The notes: generated by a model not told the origin, from the sequence alone. Counted from the first letter of the whole stretch, positions 13,466 through 26,900 are shown. The stretch: 63,938 nt of DNA, filler included, from Reclinomonas americana ATCC 50394 (GCA_048213135.1; 8 parts of 5 records of this genome joined end to end with filler, not necessarily neighbours in it), one strand, 5' to 3'. A program made the numbers and translations.

Positions 13466-13588
13466 AGGGAGCTATACTCGGCTCCCTGCTTTCGCGGGTT
13501 TTTCGCTAATGGGGAGTTGTGTCGAGGCTCTAAACATAGCCCCCTTCCACGCGCCGAATCAAGAAAAGGGGGCTATACTTGGCTCCCT
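13466..13588. repeat. 22-bp imperfect direct repeat (x2) plus an inverted half copy
   Basis: AGGGAGCTATACTCGGCTCCCT (13466-13487) and AGGGGGCTATACTTGGCTCCCT (13567-13588). ATAGCCCCCTT (13536-13546) is the reverse complement of 13566-13576. Confidence 0.8.
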
Positions 13589-13728
13589 CTCTCATTTCGG
13601 CGCCTTTTTGCGATCTGTGGTCCGGATTCGATATTCTGCATTCTTCGCTGGCTGCGCTCGCCCTGCGCGTCACCACCACCGCCACCACGTGTACATGCAT
13701 GTGCAAAACGATGGTTATTATGACTATA

Positions 13729-16125
13729 TTATTGATTCGTTGTTGTCGCCGCCCGCGGCCTCCTGCCCTCCTCGTCCCCGGCCTCGCTCATTCGGCCTGC
13801 CACCGATGCCATCGGCTCTGATCGTGCGCTAATCGGAGCGTGCTCTCGCACTTGCACCGAGTGCGGGAAGCCGGCAAGCTCTCTCCTCTCCTGCATCTCT
13901 TGCTCCACGACCAGCTGCGCTGCGTACTGCACACCGACGCCGCCGTGAGCATCTATCTCTCTGTCGCCTGCAATCACCTCTGCCGCGTGCACTCACCGCA
14001 TGCGACGCACGAAATCTGCGAAACACGTCGGATCGCAGTGTTCGCCGCACCTCCTGGAGCGCGCGATCAAAGACACAGTCGCACACTTTCCACGTGGCTC
14101 GGCCGATGAGCGACGTGCTGACCACGGGCATGTGATCGCGCAACACCACTGGCCACCACGACGAGGTCATGTGGTCCGACATGACTCCGAAATCCGACGC
14201 CTCCAACGTCTGCACCAGCGCATCACCCTCCAGCTCCGTCACCGTGACCACCGCCATGCCAGTGAGACGTGCCTGCATGCTGAACGCCTTGCGCACCTCG
14301 GCCTCGACCGCCGACGGCAAGTTCAGTTGGTGATCGGCGGTTTCGCTGAAGAAATCGTCGTAAATGCCCTTGGCCTGCCGATACAGCTCCTCGGCATTCA
14401 ACGAGTCGAAGAGTGCCACGCACTTGAGCTCGAGCACTTGCTCCATGAACAGCAGACCCTGTGAGGCGCGCGCTGGGTGAGGGCGCAGCGCATCAGCAGC
14501 CGACATGCGACACGACTCACTTCGACACAAATCTCCGACACCAGATGCTCTCTGCCCGTGCACACACGCAGGTTTGACGTGGTGTGAGTGGCATGCACAG
14601 TCAGGGGGGAACACACAGTGTGACCAAACCTGAACAAGTTGCGCTTCGTCTCCGACAACATCACGTCGTCGAACGAGTGGATCGGAATGGCGAGCAGCGT
14701 GCGCTGTGTCTCGTTGCTCGACGCCGGCAGCATGCGTTGCATGATACGCAGATGCCGAGTTGCCAGAGCCGACAGCAGTACCGGGAGACCGAGAGTGACC
14801 ACCGAGAACGTGAATCCAAATGCCACCGAGAGGAGCTGCGTCGCACAACAGAGTCAGCAGAGTGAGTGCGGCCAAGCAACTGGCAGTTTCACTGCACCTG
14901 AAATGTGATGAACATGCCGACGTTCAGTTCGGTCTTGCCAGTAAAGTACAGCAAGGCGAACGGGAACATGAGCAGCACGCCCGCGACGCCCACTCCCGTC
15001 AGCTCCCGCCGCATGGAGAATGCATCCTGCCACATGCACAGTCACACAGAGAAGGCAAGACACGGAGGCAGTGGCTGCGCACGCACTTGGATTTGGCGCG
15101 ACAGCCACAACATTCGCAGCACCAGCATCAGCAGGACGAGAATTTGCGAACTGCCGATGTAGTGACTGAGCTGGATGTAGTGCATGCAGTCGCACACGAG
15201 TTGCGCGTCCGCGGAATTCATCTGTTGCCGGGACACCGTCAACTCATCCATAAGCAGCGTACAGACAAACAGCGAGCGTGTGCGACGCAACATTGAGAGT
15301 GGCGCGAGGGGAAGGAACGACAAAGAACACGACCAGCAAGAGCAGAATAAAGGCCGACAGGCCAAAGTAGACCAGCAATCGGCCCTCGGTCAGCGTACGT
15401 GCCAGCGCAAACGTGCGGTCGGACGACGATCTGCTGTTCATCATCTCGCGAATGCGCGTCAGCGAGTCGTACGACGGAGCTGCATGCCACTCATCAGCAA
15501 CTCCGCAAAAGAAATGTGTCGCAGCAGGCGCAACTCTTTGCCACAGTGCGGTACAGCTGAATGATGTCACTGCGCGCCACACCAGCTCGGAACACGGCCC
15601 ACACACGCAGAGCTACGGTGGTGTGTCCACTTGTTGAGGAACAACAATCGACGACCGCTCGACCGAAAAAAAGATGGACGCAACAGCGCAGAAACAGACT
15701 CAGCAGCATGAGCTGATTCGGAACCAGCGCCGACAGATACACCACCCAGCAGTCGTAGACATGCGCGCGATAGAGAACGCGCTGACTGCGCAGGAGTGTT
15801 CGCAACGGGCGGAAAAAAAGACTGCCAGGCAAAAGAGAAAAACGCAACAGTGGACCCAACACAAACACACTCGCTGCCACCATGGTCAACACAGGCGAGC
15901 GTCGTCGAATGTACGCCGAGTCGCGCAACACAACGAAACCCTATCTCCAATCAGCAATCAATCATCTCTCATGCATCAGGGCTCATCGCGTGTGTTCGAA
16001 GGCACACACACACTGACCACAAGTGAGACGACGGTGATGGTCAAGTGCACCAAGTAGATCCAGAACACCGCGTCGGTGAACACAACCATGCGACTGTCAT
16101 CCGACAGTCGCGCATACTGGGCAGC

Positions 16126-16158
<33 letters not shown>

Positions 16159-16334
16159 GAGCAAAGCACTCTTCTCTCTCTCTCTCATTCTCTCTCACTC
16201 TTCCCTCTCTTTCTCTCTTCTCTCTCACTCTTCCCTCTCTTTCTCTCTTTCTCTCTCTCACTCTTCTCCCTCTCTCTCCTTCTCTCTCTCACACACTCTC
16301 GCACACCGACCTCACACGACTGGTCGCCACTCAT
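13729..16334 (-). CDS. Multi-TM (7TM-type) RGS-domain protein, about 12 exons
   Basis: Hydrophobic helices with YIRRRSPVL and DAFSMRREL motifs, followed by an RGS box: FDDVMLSETKRNLFREHLVSEICVEGLLF...AKGIYDDFFSETADHQLNLP...VFDRALQEVRRTLRSDVFRRFRAS. Confidence 0.8.
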
Positions 16335-16416
16335 GCACTCTCACACCTGCATGAGTGAGGAGTGGACGAAAGAAGCGCAATTTCGTTCTCCTCTGTCGAC
16401 CCTTCACAAAGAGAAC

Positions 16417-19400
16417 ATGCGGCAACGCGACGTGGGTGTCATTGTGGTGGCCCTTGTGGCACTCCTCGTCTCGCTCTACTCGCGCCAGTCGCTGTACACA
16501 CTGCGCCCGGCCGTCAAGTCAGGTGAGAAACGCGCGCGACATGACAAAGCGCGCGCACGCGCACACACTCACTCACTCTCCGCGTGTCTCTCCCTCGTGT
16601 ATGTTGTGTGTGTGTGTGTGCGTCACATTGCAATCACGCGTGATTCTCTCTCTCTCTCTCTCTCCCTGTGTGCAACACAGTGTCGGAACGAGTGGGTGTG
16701 AGTGAGCTGCCGTCGCATTTGATGCCGCAAAATGGCGGCTCGGCAGTGGGTTCTCCGACCAGCGCCGGCGATCCCAATGCCGTCGCACACAGTGTCATTC
16801 GAGAGCGCATGCTGGTCACGGATCTCGACTCGGATGGATACAATGGCATGCCTGTAGCGTATTGCATTCTCGCATGCTGCGGTGAGTGACTGATGATTGT
16901 GTGTGTCTGTGTGGCGCAGAGATTGTGTCGGTGACGCCGAGGTCGCGACTGCACGTGCATCATCGTGTGTATATCAATGTGTATGACGATGCGGAGATGC
17001 CGCTGCATCGACGCTTGTCGGCGTCGCTGGAGACCACTAGTCCCGATCTGTTGAAGAAGATGGAGGAGGATATGCGGCGTGCGCAGGCCGGTGCCATGTC
17101 TGGTGATGTGGGCGCGGTGCATGAGCACATGGCGGAGGGGGTCGATGCGCGGCCGGTGGCGTTGTCGACGGGCTTCATTGATCCGATTGTGCGCACCAGC
17201 AGTGGTGTGGTCGACGAGGGCGACAGTGGCAACGAGCGGCGGCAAGTGATTATCGTGTTGCGGCGGGATCTGGTGCTGCTGTGCTTCAGCCACGAACTGG
17301 AGCTGCTGTGGGAGTCGCACTTGCAGCACTTTATCGATGTGGCGGTGTTCCATCGTGTGGTGGCGCGCGACACGTCGATTCTCGTCACTTCCACGCCCAT
17401 CCACAAGGGTGATCGCGGTGCGGTGATTGTCGGCGTCCGCATTGCCAAGGACGGCGCTTCGTGCGTACAACCACCCGCCGCCTTCTTTGCTCGTCTTCCA
17501 CTGCTGTTAACTCTGTGTGCAGAGAAAACGAGGGACACGAGCATTCGCACACGGAGACCCCGAACGGCGAGGAGGACAATGACCAGCACGATCACACCCG
17601 CGACGGGGACGCGTTGCACCACTTTTCGTACTTTGCGTTTGCGGGTCAGTCGGGCGAGATGCGCTGGAAGCACGACACCACCGACTTCAAGCCGGACGTC
17701 AGTCAGAACAACGGCGGCAACGACGAGGTACTCCAGCCGCAAAACAATTACCGAATGGACTTTTCGGCGGTCAACCAGGCGCGTCACTCGGGTGAAGTCG
17801 AGTGGAAGACATGTTGCGTGGTCTTCTCTTGTGTGGGAAGTTGTGTCGCTGGCTGACGCTTGGTCGCAGACCGCGAGAGCATCCTGCGCTCACTGCCGCA
17901 CCGCTGGAACACGGCCGCTGATACGGCGCTGGTCCTGGCCCACTTCCAGAAGCAGACTCGCCAGCGACCACTGGCCGGTACTGTCGAGACGGGTGCGTGT
18001 CTGCAGTGTGCCATTCTGCGCGATGAGCCTTTCCATCACCGACATTTTCTTGCAGACGACGTCATGGAGATGCTGACGGAGAACCTGCCGACCATCTCCT
18101 TCACCTCTGCCGTGCCACACTCGGTGGCCGACGTGGTGGAGAAGCCGAATGTGATTGTTGCCCACTTCCAGCAGGGTATTGAGGTGCTACACTTCTTCTC
18201 TGGCCGCACTCTCACGCAGGTGCCGTTGGCGCCGGGTGCAAGCTACGCCGACGTCAACGGCGACCAGAACATTGAAAAGGTGTTTGTCGCCGACAGCCAC
18301 GACGCCACGGCGTCGCGTCACGGACTCTCCAAGTGCGTGGCCAAGGTGCACTCGGGTCCCAAAATGCAGCTGATCCTCTCCAAGGATCTCTGCTTGTTCG
18401 CCAAGTCGGGCGGTGCCGAGCGCTTCTTGACCATGCAGCGCACCAAGAGCAAGCTGGCGGCGGAGGCCAAGCAGCAGACTGTTGCGTGCTGCTCTCTTGT
18501 CGTGCGCGCGCAATGATGGATTTCATCGTCATCACCGACTATATTCATTCCTGTAGGATGAGAGTCGCGTCGGCAGTGCCGAGGAGGCCTCTGTCGAGGA
18601 CATGGTGCAGTCGCAGCAACCGATTCATGCTTCCATCGGAGCAGCTGTGCCTCTTGTCAAGCCGCGCCCACACTCCACGTCCGAGAGCAGCCAGGTTGCG
18701 TCGTCCACGTGTGCGACGAACGAAATGAGCAAGCGACCTGATTCGAGTGTGTATCCAGGTCATTTCCTCGTTCCACGGACACACGTCCACCGGATTGGCC
18801 TCTCGTTGGTTCGTGCAGGCCGGACAGGATCTGGTGTACGCACTCTCCAATGGCATGGTGTTTTGCTACGACGGAGTGGCCGGTCTCACTCGGTGAGCGC
18901 CACCCGTACTTCTATCCTCGTGCACACGCTCACATTGCTCTCGCCGAGTGCAGGTGGTATGTGCAAACTGGCGTGTCGTGGGAACCGGAGAACCCCTACT
19001 TGACGCCGTCGCTGCGGNNNNNNNNNNNNNNNNNNNNCTCGTGTCGTCGCACGTGCTTGGCGAACCGGTTGCGTCCATGCATTGCCAAGAAAAAATTGTT
19101 GTGCATGGTTGATTGCTCACATGTGTCGACCCACCCAGGACATGATCCTGTTCTCGGGCGAGCGTAATGTGGCGCTGCTGTCGGCGGCGACCGGAGAAGT
19201 GCAGAGCATGGTGACACTGCGGTCGCCGGTGACAGGCGAGGCCGTCGTGGGCGACTTCAACAACGACGGCATGAACGATTTCCTCATACCGACGGCGGCT
19301 GGGTGCGTGCGCTGCTTCGTGCGTGTCTTTTTGCGTGCGCGTCTGTGCCTTACACCCTCTTGTGGATGTGTGTCGCGCAGCTTCATTGGATTGGCGCTGA

Positions 19401-19561
19401 TCAAAGAGGGCAGCGTGCCGCTGCTGACGACGCTGGTGGCGGGCGTGCTTCTGTGTGTGCTGGCGCTGTACGTCGCGCATCACGTCACCACAGACTCTGG
19501 AGACGACGAGCTGCCGCTGTCACATGGCATCGCCAAGACATACAAGAGGGCCACGGATTAG
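16417..19561 (+). CDS. FG-GAP/VCBS beta-propeller membrane protein (Arabidopsis At3g51050/NERD1-like), about 11 exons
   Basis: N-terminal MRQRDVGVIVVALV signal anchor, then DLDSDGYNEIV, HFSYFAFAGQSGEMRWKH, RESILRSLPHRW, PNVIVAHFQQGIEVLH, ADVNGD and VVGDFNNDGMNDFLI, ending in a C-terminal TM helix. Confidence 0.75.
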
Positions 19562-19600
19562 AGGATGAGGGGGAAAAGGATATTGCGTAGTGAAGCTTGC

Positions 19601-19700
19601 NNNNNNNNNNNNNNNNNNNNNNNNNNNNNNNNNNNNNNNNNNNNTTAATTAATTAANNNNNNNNNNNNNNNNNNNNNNNNNNNNNNNNNNNNNNNNNNNN
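19601..19700. other. Artificial scaffold linker (44N-TTAATTAATTAA-44N); further copies centred at 31286, 38541, 46730, 58099, 60738 and 62284
   Basis: The same 12-mer, with stops in all six frames, sits inside equal N runs seven times, and genes are truncated at these points. Confidence 0.97.
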
Positions 19701-20430
19701 CCAGTGCAAGGTCACACAGCACCCGGCACAGTATCTGCCACTGCGAGGCCACCGGCAACGCAGATTGTACTGCAGAGACACACGGGTGCTGCGGAGCCAC
19801 CAGTCGTGTGAACGCAGCAAGACACAAAAATGCCTCGCTCAACTGTCCACGTCCATCAAACAATCGTAGTGCACGAGTCACCGACGAAGGACATCGCCGG
19901 CAGCAGAACTCGATCAAGGTGAGAGCACGATCCACAGTGGCTGACCCATGTTCTTCCATCATTCTTCGCCAGTGTCTCCGTGCACCTTCTGCACTGTCCT
20001 CCACCCAGCATCGAATACAGTCACCCACGGTGGCGCGCACCTGGTGCACTCGACGCAACGCCTCAAGACGACGGCTGAGAAGAGCACGTGTCGAATCCGC
20101 GTCGCGCCGCCACACAAGCTGTGACAATCGCAGAGTTCGAATGCAGTACTTGCTCACCTCCAGAGCAGCCTCCAGGCGTGCACTCGCCGTGAGGTCACTG
20201 CTGAAAAATGCACGACGCACACTCTCTCTGCTCTCCCGATCCTCAGCGGTCGACGACACCCCCAGCAGGAGCTCACGACACGCCGTACCCAACTGCATCA
20301 GGTCTGCACGAGCGGGCCGCAGCGCCAGTCGCACACTGGCATCCACACACAGCGAGATCAGTGTCTGCATGTCACGCTCGTCGCGCGACACTCGCGGCAC
20401 AAAACTGGGCGTGGAAGACACCTTGCTCTC
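19701..20430 (-). CDS. Hypothetical helical protein fragment
   Basis: The frame is open across the whole contig piece (…MQTLISLCVDASVRLAL…QWQILCRVLCDLAL) and is Leu/Arg-rich. No family was recognised. Confidence 0.4.
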
Positions 20431-20521
20431 NNNNNNNNNNNNNNNNNNNNNNNNNNNNNNNNNNNNNNNNNNNNNNNNNNNNNNNNNNNNNNNNNNNNNN
20501 NNNNNNNNNNNNNNNNNNNNN

Positions 20522-20937
20522 GGCGTGACGAACGACAGGGTGCGGGCATGGAGGACTCGGTTCGCACTCGCATTCTGCACGTGTCGACGAGCATCACCGT
20601 CACTGAGCAGGTGCTGGCCGCCCCGTTGTTGACTGTGGCCTATCTGGTGGCATGCAACCTTTCACAGCAGGTCCACAAGGAACGACGCACTCAGCGCGCT
20701 CTGGCCTGGCAGCAGCGAAGTGATGGGCACGATGCCACAAGTGCCGACGGTGCGTGGGTGGACTCAGTGGTGTGGCCGCGCGCATTGCAGTTGCTGCCGG
20801 TGACGAGTTTGCGAGAGGCAGCTCGTCACGTGGAAAGCATGGACAGCGCGCTGGATATGAGTGTTCATGAGCTGCTCCTCCATGTGGAGACCATTGCGCC
20901 GCGAGTGCTGACACACGCTCGGACGATTGAATCATGA
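20522..20937 (+). CDS. Hypothetical protein C-terminal fragment
   Basis: The open frame EDSVRTRILHVSTS...HARTIES* follows an N gap and has protein-like composition. Confidence 0.35.
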
Positions 20938-20994
20938 AGTTGCAGTTGCTGACAACGATAACACAATGTGACGTCCACTCTGTTTTTTTCGTTT

Positions 20995-23900
20995 TCAACG
21001 ATACAGATAAGCAGAGGCTTCGGTGTGGTCCACACTCACACCGGCGGCCAGCTCATTGAGTGGAGACCACGAGGAAAAGAGCACGGCAAGAACGACAATA
21101 GCCACGACCATGAATAGGATGAGAAGGAGTGGCATGGAGCGCCACTTGGCAGCCTGCCGATGCAGGTGCGTCTGCAAGTGGTGCTGTCGAGTGGTCGTCT
21201 TTCGTGGCGACGGGGACGACGGAGCAATGGTACTCGACGATCCAGCAGTGACGACCGGCTACAAGTCAGTAGCACTGGTGTGTCAGTCGGGGAGATGATA
21301 CGCGTGGGCGAGTACACATACGTACCGATGTCGTGTGCGTGCTGCTGGTGCAATCCAGTACACGCTGCGTCGAGTGCGATTCAGTGAGAGGCTCGGTGCC
21401 GACGAGTGCACGTACACAAAATGAACACGCACCACCAGTGATCGCAGAGTGACATCCACTCGGTTCACATCCGTCGTGTGCTCCAGTGCAAAGTTGATTT
21501 CATCGGCGCTGCAGCAGCACTCAGCGAGCATGTCGTACACGCTCCGCAGCTGGCCAGTGCTTGCATGCTGCTCGTGCTGCCGCACAAGGGCCTCCAGCAA
21601 CAGCTCAAGACACACTGCAGCACGCCGGCGATGCGTGCTTTGACGCACACAAGCGGTAACTGGAGTGCAGACAGCGTTCTGCACGAGTCTGGTGTCAATC
21701 AAGCGCATTCACAGGCTCGTACCAATGACTGTGACGCACCCGTATTCTCGCCTGCTTTGTCACGTCGGCGCCGTAGAGAGTGAGCAGGCGCACGCAGCGG
21801 ACGGCGGCTCGGCAACAGGCACGGTAGAGCGGCGTACGTCCGTACGCGTCGGCAGCGTCCACATTCACGCCGGGCGTAGACAGCAGCACCTGGGTGGCGC
21901 CGGCCTCGCGGGCACCGGCAGCCAGACACAACGCAGTGGCTCCTTCATCGGTGGAGAACAGACCTGCGCCACGCGTGGGCAGCACTTGCTTGTTGACCGA
22001 TGCGCCCCAGCCCAACAGCAGTGCAACAGATGTCGAGTCGCCGGTGGCTGCGGCGTAGTGGAGCGGCGTGTAGCCGCGGTTGTCACGCGCGTCCAGCTGC
22101 GGATGCGGAAAGGTAAGCAACGGTGTGGTGACTAGAGTAGGGAATGCAGTCCATGCACGACGCACGTCGGTCACAGTGCACTGCGCCAGTTCGACAAGCA
22201 GTTTGAGAATGCGCCACTGGACGGCAAGGCGCTCCATCGGTGCCGGTCGCCAGTCAATGGCAATGTCTGCAGCAACACAGAGCTCGCGGTGTCAGCGTGC
22301 ACATCGGCCGTAGGCAGTCTACGCGAGAAACACATACCATTCCTCGCGTTGCTGCGGTGCACGTTGGGCGACCAGGCAGCCACCTCATCGTTACCTTCAC
22401 GTGGCGACACTCGCACGTGCCTGCATGACGAGAGCAGCAAGCAGTCAGCATTTGTGTCACCGGACAACACCATGCAATCATTCAACGCACGACGACAGCG
22501 TGGCATGCAGCGCAGAGAAGCCGGCCTTCTTGGTGTCGGTCACGAGCTTGTGCTTGCGGAGCACCGACTCGCAAGACTGCAGTACACGAAGCACCAATTC
22601 AATGCTGCCTGTGCACACGGCCTTGTGCAACATGTTCTCGCCAGACGCATCCTTTTTCCGAATGGAGGCACCTGGTACAACAATGCGTGTGCTCAGTGGG
22701 CGGAAACAATGTGCTGAGCGCACAGAGCATGCACATACCAGCACGAATCAACATGTCGACAGCGGTAATGTTGCACGCTTCGATGGCGAGAGCCAGCGGC
22801 GTCTGCCTGTTCACATCCATGGCATTCACCGACGCTTTGGCGCTCAAGAGGACTTGCAGATTCTGCCCACCATGAATACGGTTAAGGACACGAAATTGGT
22901 GGCAGTGGAGCCGCCTCGCGGCAAGGCCACGTAACTTGCAGAGCACCGGAAGCAGCGGCCACGTGAGTGGCAGAGCGCTGCAGTCCATCGCTGCTCACCG
23001 CCGTCACACACGAGGGCACACTTTGCAGCAGGTCGCTGCAGATCAACAACCATCAACATCAACCCGAGTAACAGGAAGAAGAAGACAAAGATGACACGCC
23101 GCACCTGAGGAGCCACACATGTGCGTCGCTCTCCGCCGCCAGCATCAAGGCAGTTCTGGCGATTATCGCAGCACCCTCGCTCTGCAAGCCGAACGAGCTG
23201 ATCGACCGCATAACCATGCCGTAGTCGCGCGGCTTGATGCGTGCACTGAGCACCTTTGTGCGCGACACTGCCACCATGATCGAGGAGTGAGACGACAGTG
23301 GAAAAATAAGTGCATGTTCGATATGCATCAAGAACGTACCGTCGTCGGCACTGACGACGGCCGAAGGGAGCAGTGCGCGGGGGAACCCAAACGAGATCTG
23401 CATGCAGCGTGGTGAGGATGAAAAGACTTGTGAATCTCTTCGTGGCGGGGACGATACCTCGGCACTCGACAAGAACGACATGAGGAGCCGGTTGCAGCGA
23501 GCGGACGCCAGCTGGCCTGCAGTGACACCAGCATCCGTCCGGTGATCCAGAAACACCGCACCGTGCATCTGCAGCAGGGTCGAGCCAGCATCTGGAGGTG
23601 GGAGTAAGCGTCTTTATCATGCTTTTTTAAGTACGCGAGTTTGTACCCACCCGGCGAGCTGACAGACTGCTTGGCCGACACCGAGCACACGGCCTCCAGC
23701 AGCAACTCGGCACAGATGAGACCGCGATCTGGGTCGGCACACATGACACACGCGTGCAGCGCAGTGCCCTGCTTGAGAGTCCCTGATGCGTGGTACGGTA
23801 CAATATGGGCGCCCTGCTGCAACAGCAGTGCGACACAATCCGAGGCGCCTGCAGCAAGCGACGGCGCATTAGCACGTACGAGCAATCACCGCGAAATACA

Positions 23901-26900
23901 AGCCAAAGGGAGACCGACTAACCAACTTCGCAGGCCACACACAGCGGGTTGAAGTCGTTCTTGTCCACCACGTTGAGATCTACAGTCGGTTTGTGCACCA
24001 GTTCGCGCACAACGTCGATCTTGCCTTGCAGACAAGCCAAATGCAACGGCGTGCTCTGTCAGCAGAGTGAGTGCTCTGTGAATAAGGGTGCACCCGGCGA
24101 ATACCAAATGAAGCCACGTGTACCAACGTAACTCCATTGTGCGTCTGTGCGTTGACCGAGTTGCCGACCTTTTGCAGCAAGCGAATTACCTCCACTCCAC
24201 TCGTGATGCAGGCGTGGTGCAACGGAGTCCAGCCGTCAGCATCTGCCAGTGTCCACTGCGCGCGTAGACTTTTATCAGAGCGGTCGATGATGCACACGAA
24301 AACGGACGGTCTCACATTGATGGTCTCGCTCATGCCGGCACGGTAGAGGTGCTGGAGAATCTGAAACGAGGCCACGGCCGGATCCTGAACGCGGTCTGTG
24401 CACAGCTGAGAGTGAGCGGGAGGCAGAAAGAGAGACTGAACAGGGACTAGTACACAGAACTGCTGAGTTGCGCTCGACTGCGGCATGGAGGAACAAGTAT
24501 GTGTCAGGAGAGCGACAGGGAGCAGAGATTCGACAATATCGACGAGTACTCACTGCAGCACGGCACAGTGCACCGCATTCTGCCCGTAAACATTCGTGTG
24601 CGACAGGTACTCGCCCAGTGTCGCCCACGTATCGTTCGGGGTGAAGCGGCGTAGAATGAGATCCACCGCCGACACATTTCTCTCGGCGGCGCACTGCGAG
24701 ACTCGCTCAGTCATCGTTGCTGCGATGCAAGCAGACAACGAAGACGAGGATGCTGGTTACGTACCACTTGCAACAGCGTGTTGCCTGCACGGTCAACCTG
24801 GTACATGGACACGCTGTGGTCCACCAGCGTCAACATAATGTCGAGCGAATGCAGACGCTGCAAGGTGAGCACCGATGAGCAAATCGACAGAAAGAGACCC
24901 AGAGAAAAACGGCAGGATGTTCGCAACGGCGGCGGCAAACAACGGAATGTCTCCATGTGGATCACCGGGAAAGGTTGATGGAGACACGCCGGCCTCCAGG
25001 AGCAACAGCACCCACTGGAACGCAATAGCATGTGTGAGGCACCTGGAGTGTTTCACACAGTGCGAAGAAAAGCGCGCGTACCTTTGGTCGGTCGGCCTCA
25101 ATGGCACGTTTGAGGAGGCCACCCGCCTGCACCGGATCGGCCAGCAGCACCTGCTGATCACGCAGCAACTCACTGGTGGCACACGAGTGAGCAGACGAGT
25201 GGACTGGCTGGCTGACTGGGTGCACGCACGAGTGACTTACCGCAGCAGAGTCTCCATCTTGGTGCTCTCCTCGAGCTGCAAAATGGTCCACAGTGCCTCC
25301 TGTGCCGCCGCCTCCCGGCCACCGATAATGTACTGCAGCCGCTGGAGGGGAACGAACAGGGGTGTAAGCGTGCGAGGCCAGCCTTCTTCGACTCGGGCAT
25401 CACAAACCTCAAACTCGGTGCGTACAATCACCGAGCAACGCAGAGTGGCCACGTCGACCTCGGGGAGACCAAACTGGGAGAGCTGTCTGATCGGCGACGA
25501 CGAGGGGCTATCGGGAAGAACGCGCACGCTCCCCTCCGCCGGAGACCAGCACGTCGACGCCGGAGACGACACGCTGCGAGGGGGCGAACCGTACGTCCAC
25601 ATGGCGTTGAGAAGCTCCCTCTGTCCGTCCTCCTTGCCCGGAGTGGGGGAAGCAGGATAGGACGTGTGAGCCACAAGCCGCGCAGCCACATCCGGTCGAC
25701 CCTTCTCACGCGCCACGTCCAGTGCCGTTCGCTGCGCTAGTTTTTAGTGGCAAGCACAGACACAAGAAACACACACACGCACACACACACACACAAACCT
25801 CGTCAAACGTCTTGGCGTAAACAGTGTTGCCGCGGGCCAACAAGAAGTCGACGACGGCGACACTGCCGTGTTCGGCCGCCGCATGCAACGGCGTGCAACC
25901 CTGTTTGTCCGGCCGTGTCCACTGGAGACACAACGTGTGAGTGGAGGTGAGCGCGTCGACAAGGGAGAGCGTGCACTCACCGCCGACATGCGATCGCCAG
26001 CGAATGTGAGGATACTCTTGAGAATCGCCAGGGGCGGATCCGCAGCCAGGGATGCCATGGTGGCTGCAGGGGAGACACAACATGAGCTGCACTGTTGCAA
26101 CACTTACAGCAGCGGTGATTGTCGCCTCACCATCGTCCATAGCCAACCGCTGTGATCTGTTCCACACAACACACACGCGAATGTTAGAGCACATAAGCTG
26201 CCTGCTGTGATGCGCAGACGCAACGACATCAGTGCACAGTGCACGGCCGTCTGACCGAGCGAGTTGGTGACACTGACAAACTCGGCGAGTGAGGTGAACT
26301 TGCATCGTGCGTCGGCAGAGTCGAATCGACGCAGCACAATGTCGACGAGCTCGCCACTGCCGACCTTGGCACACTGTGCTCTCCACAGTGAGTGTCGCAA
26401 GATAACAGCTCTTCAGCCTCCGACAACGAACCACGTGCAGAATGGTGTTGCCTGAGGTGTCCACGGCATAGAGCGAGGCTCCGAAATCCAACAGCGTGCG
26501 AAAGATGGCACTGCTGCACACCTCCTGTGTGGATGACGAAAAAACAAAACATGTCAGCCAGCCGATATCTTGTTCTTGCGTGCTGGCAAATGTAACTGCG
26601 GCCATGATCAGCGGCGTCTCGTCACCGTAGTCGTCCTCAAACTTGTCGGTGCTGGCGCCCGAGACAAGCAGCAAGCGGCAGCACTGTGGGCAAGGAGAGA
26701 GCATGAGGTCACGCACCACAACACCAACGAATAAAAGAGAACAGTCTCTCACCTCGATTCGCTTCCGCTGAATGGCCACTCGAAGCAGCGCCTGTCCACG
26801 CGGCGCGCGGCGCGAGAGCAGTCCATGAAACTGCAGCAGGGCACTGTGGAAGATGTCGATAAATCAAGAACACCCCCAAGAGACAACTGCGGTCGGACAA

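Noticed and set aside
13470-13610. ATACT-starting motifs and GCCTTTT resembling U1/U5 snRNA
   Set aside because: There is no ACTTACCTG, no U5 loop GCCTTTTAC in a proper stem, and no clear Sm site. It is kept only as an unexplained repeat.
19645-19656. TTAATTAATTAA recurring seven times, considered as a possible biological repeat or TTAA transposon target
   Set aside because: It is always centred in exactly 44+44 N, so it is an artificial all-frame-stop scaffold linker. Gene neighbourhoods across these points are meaningless.
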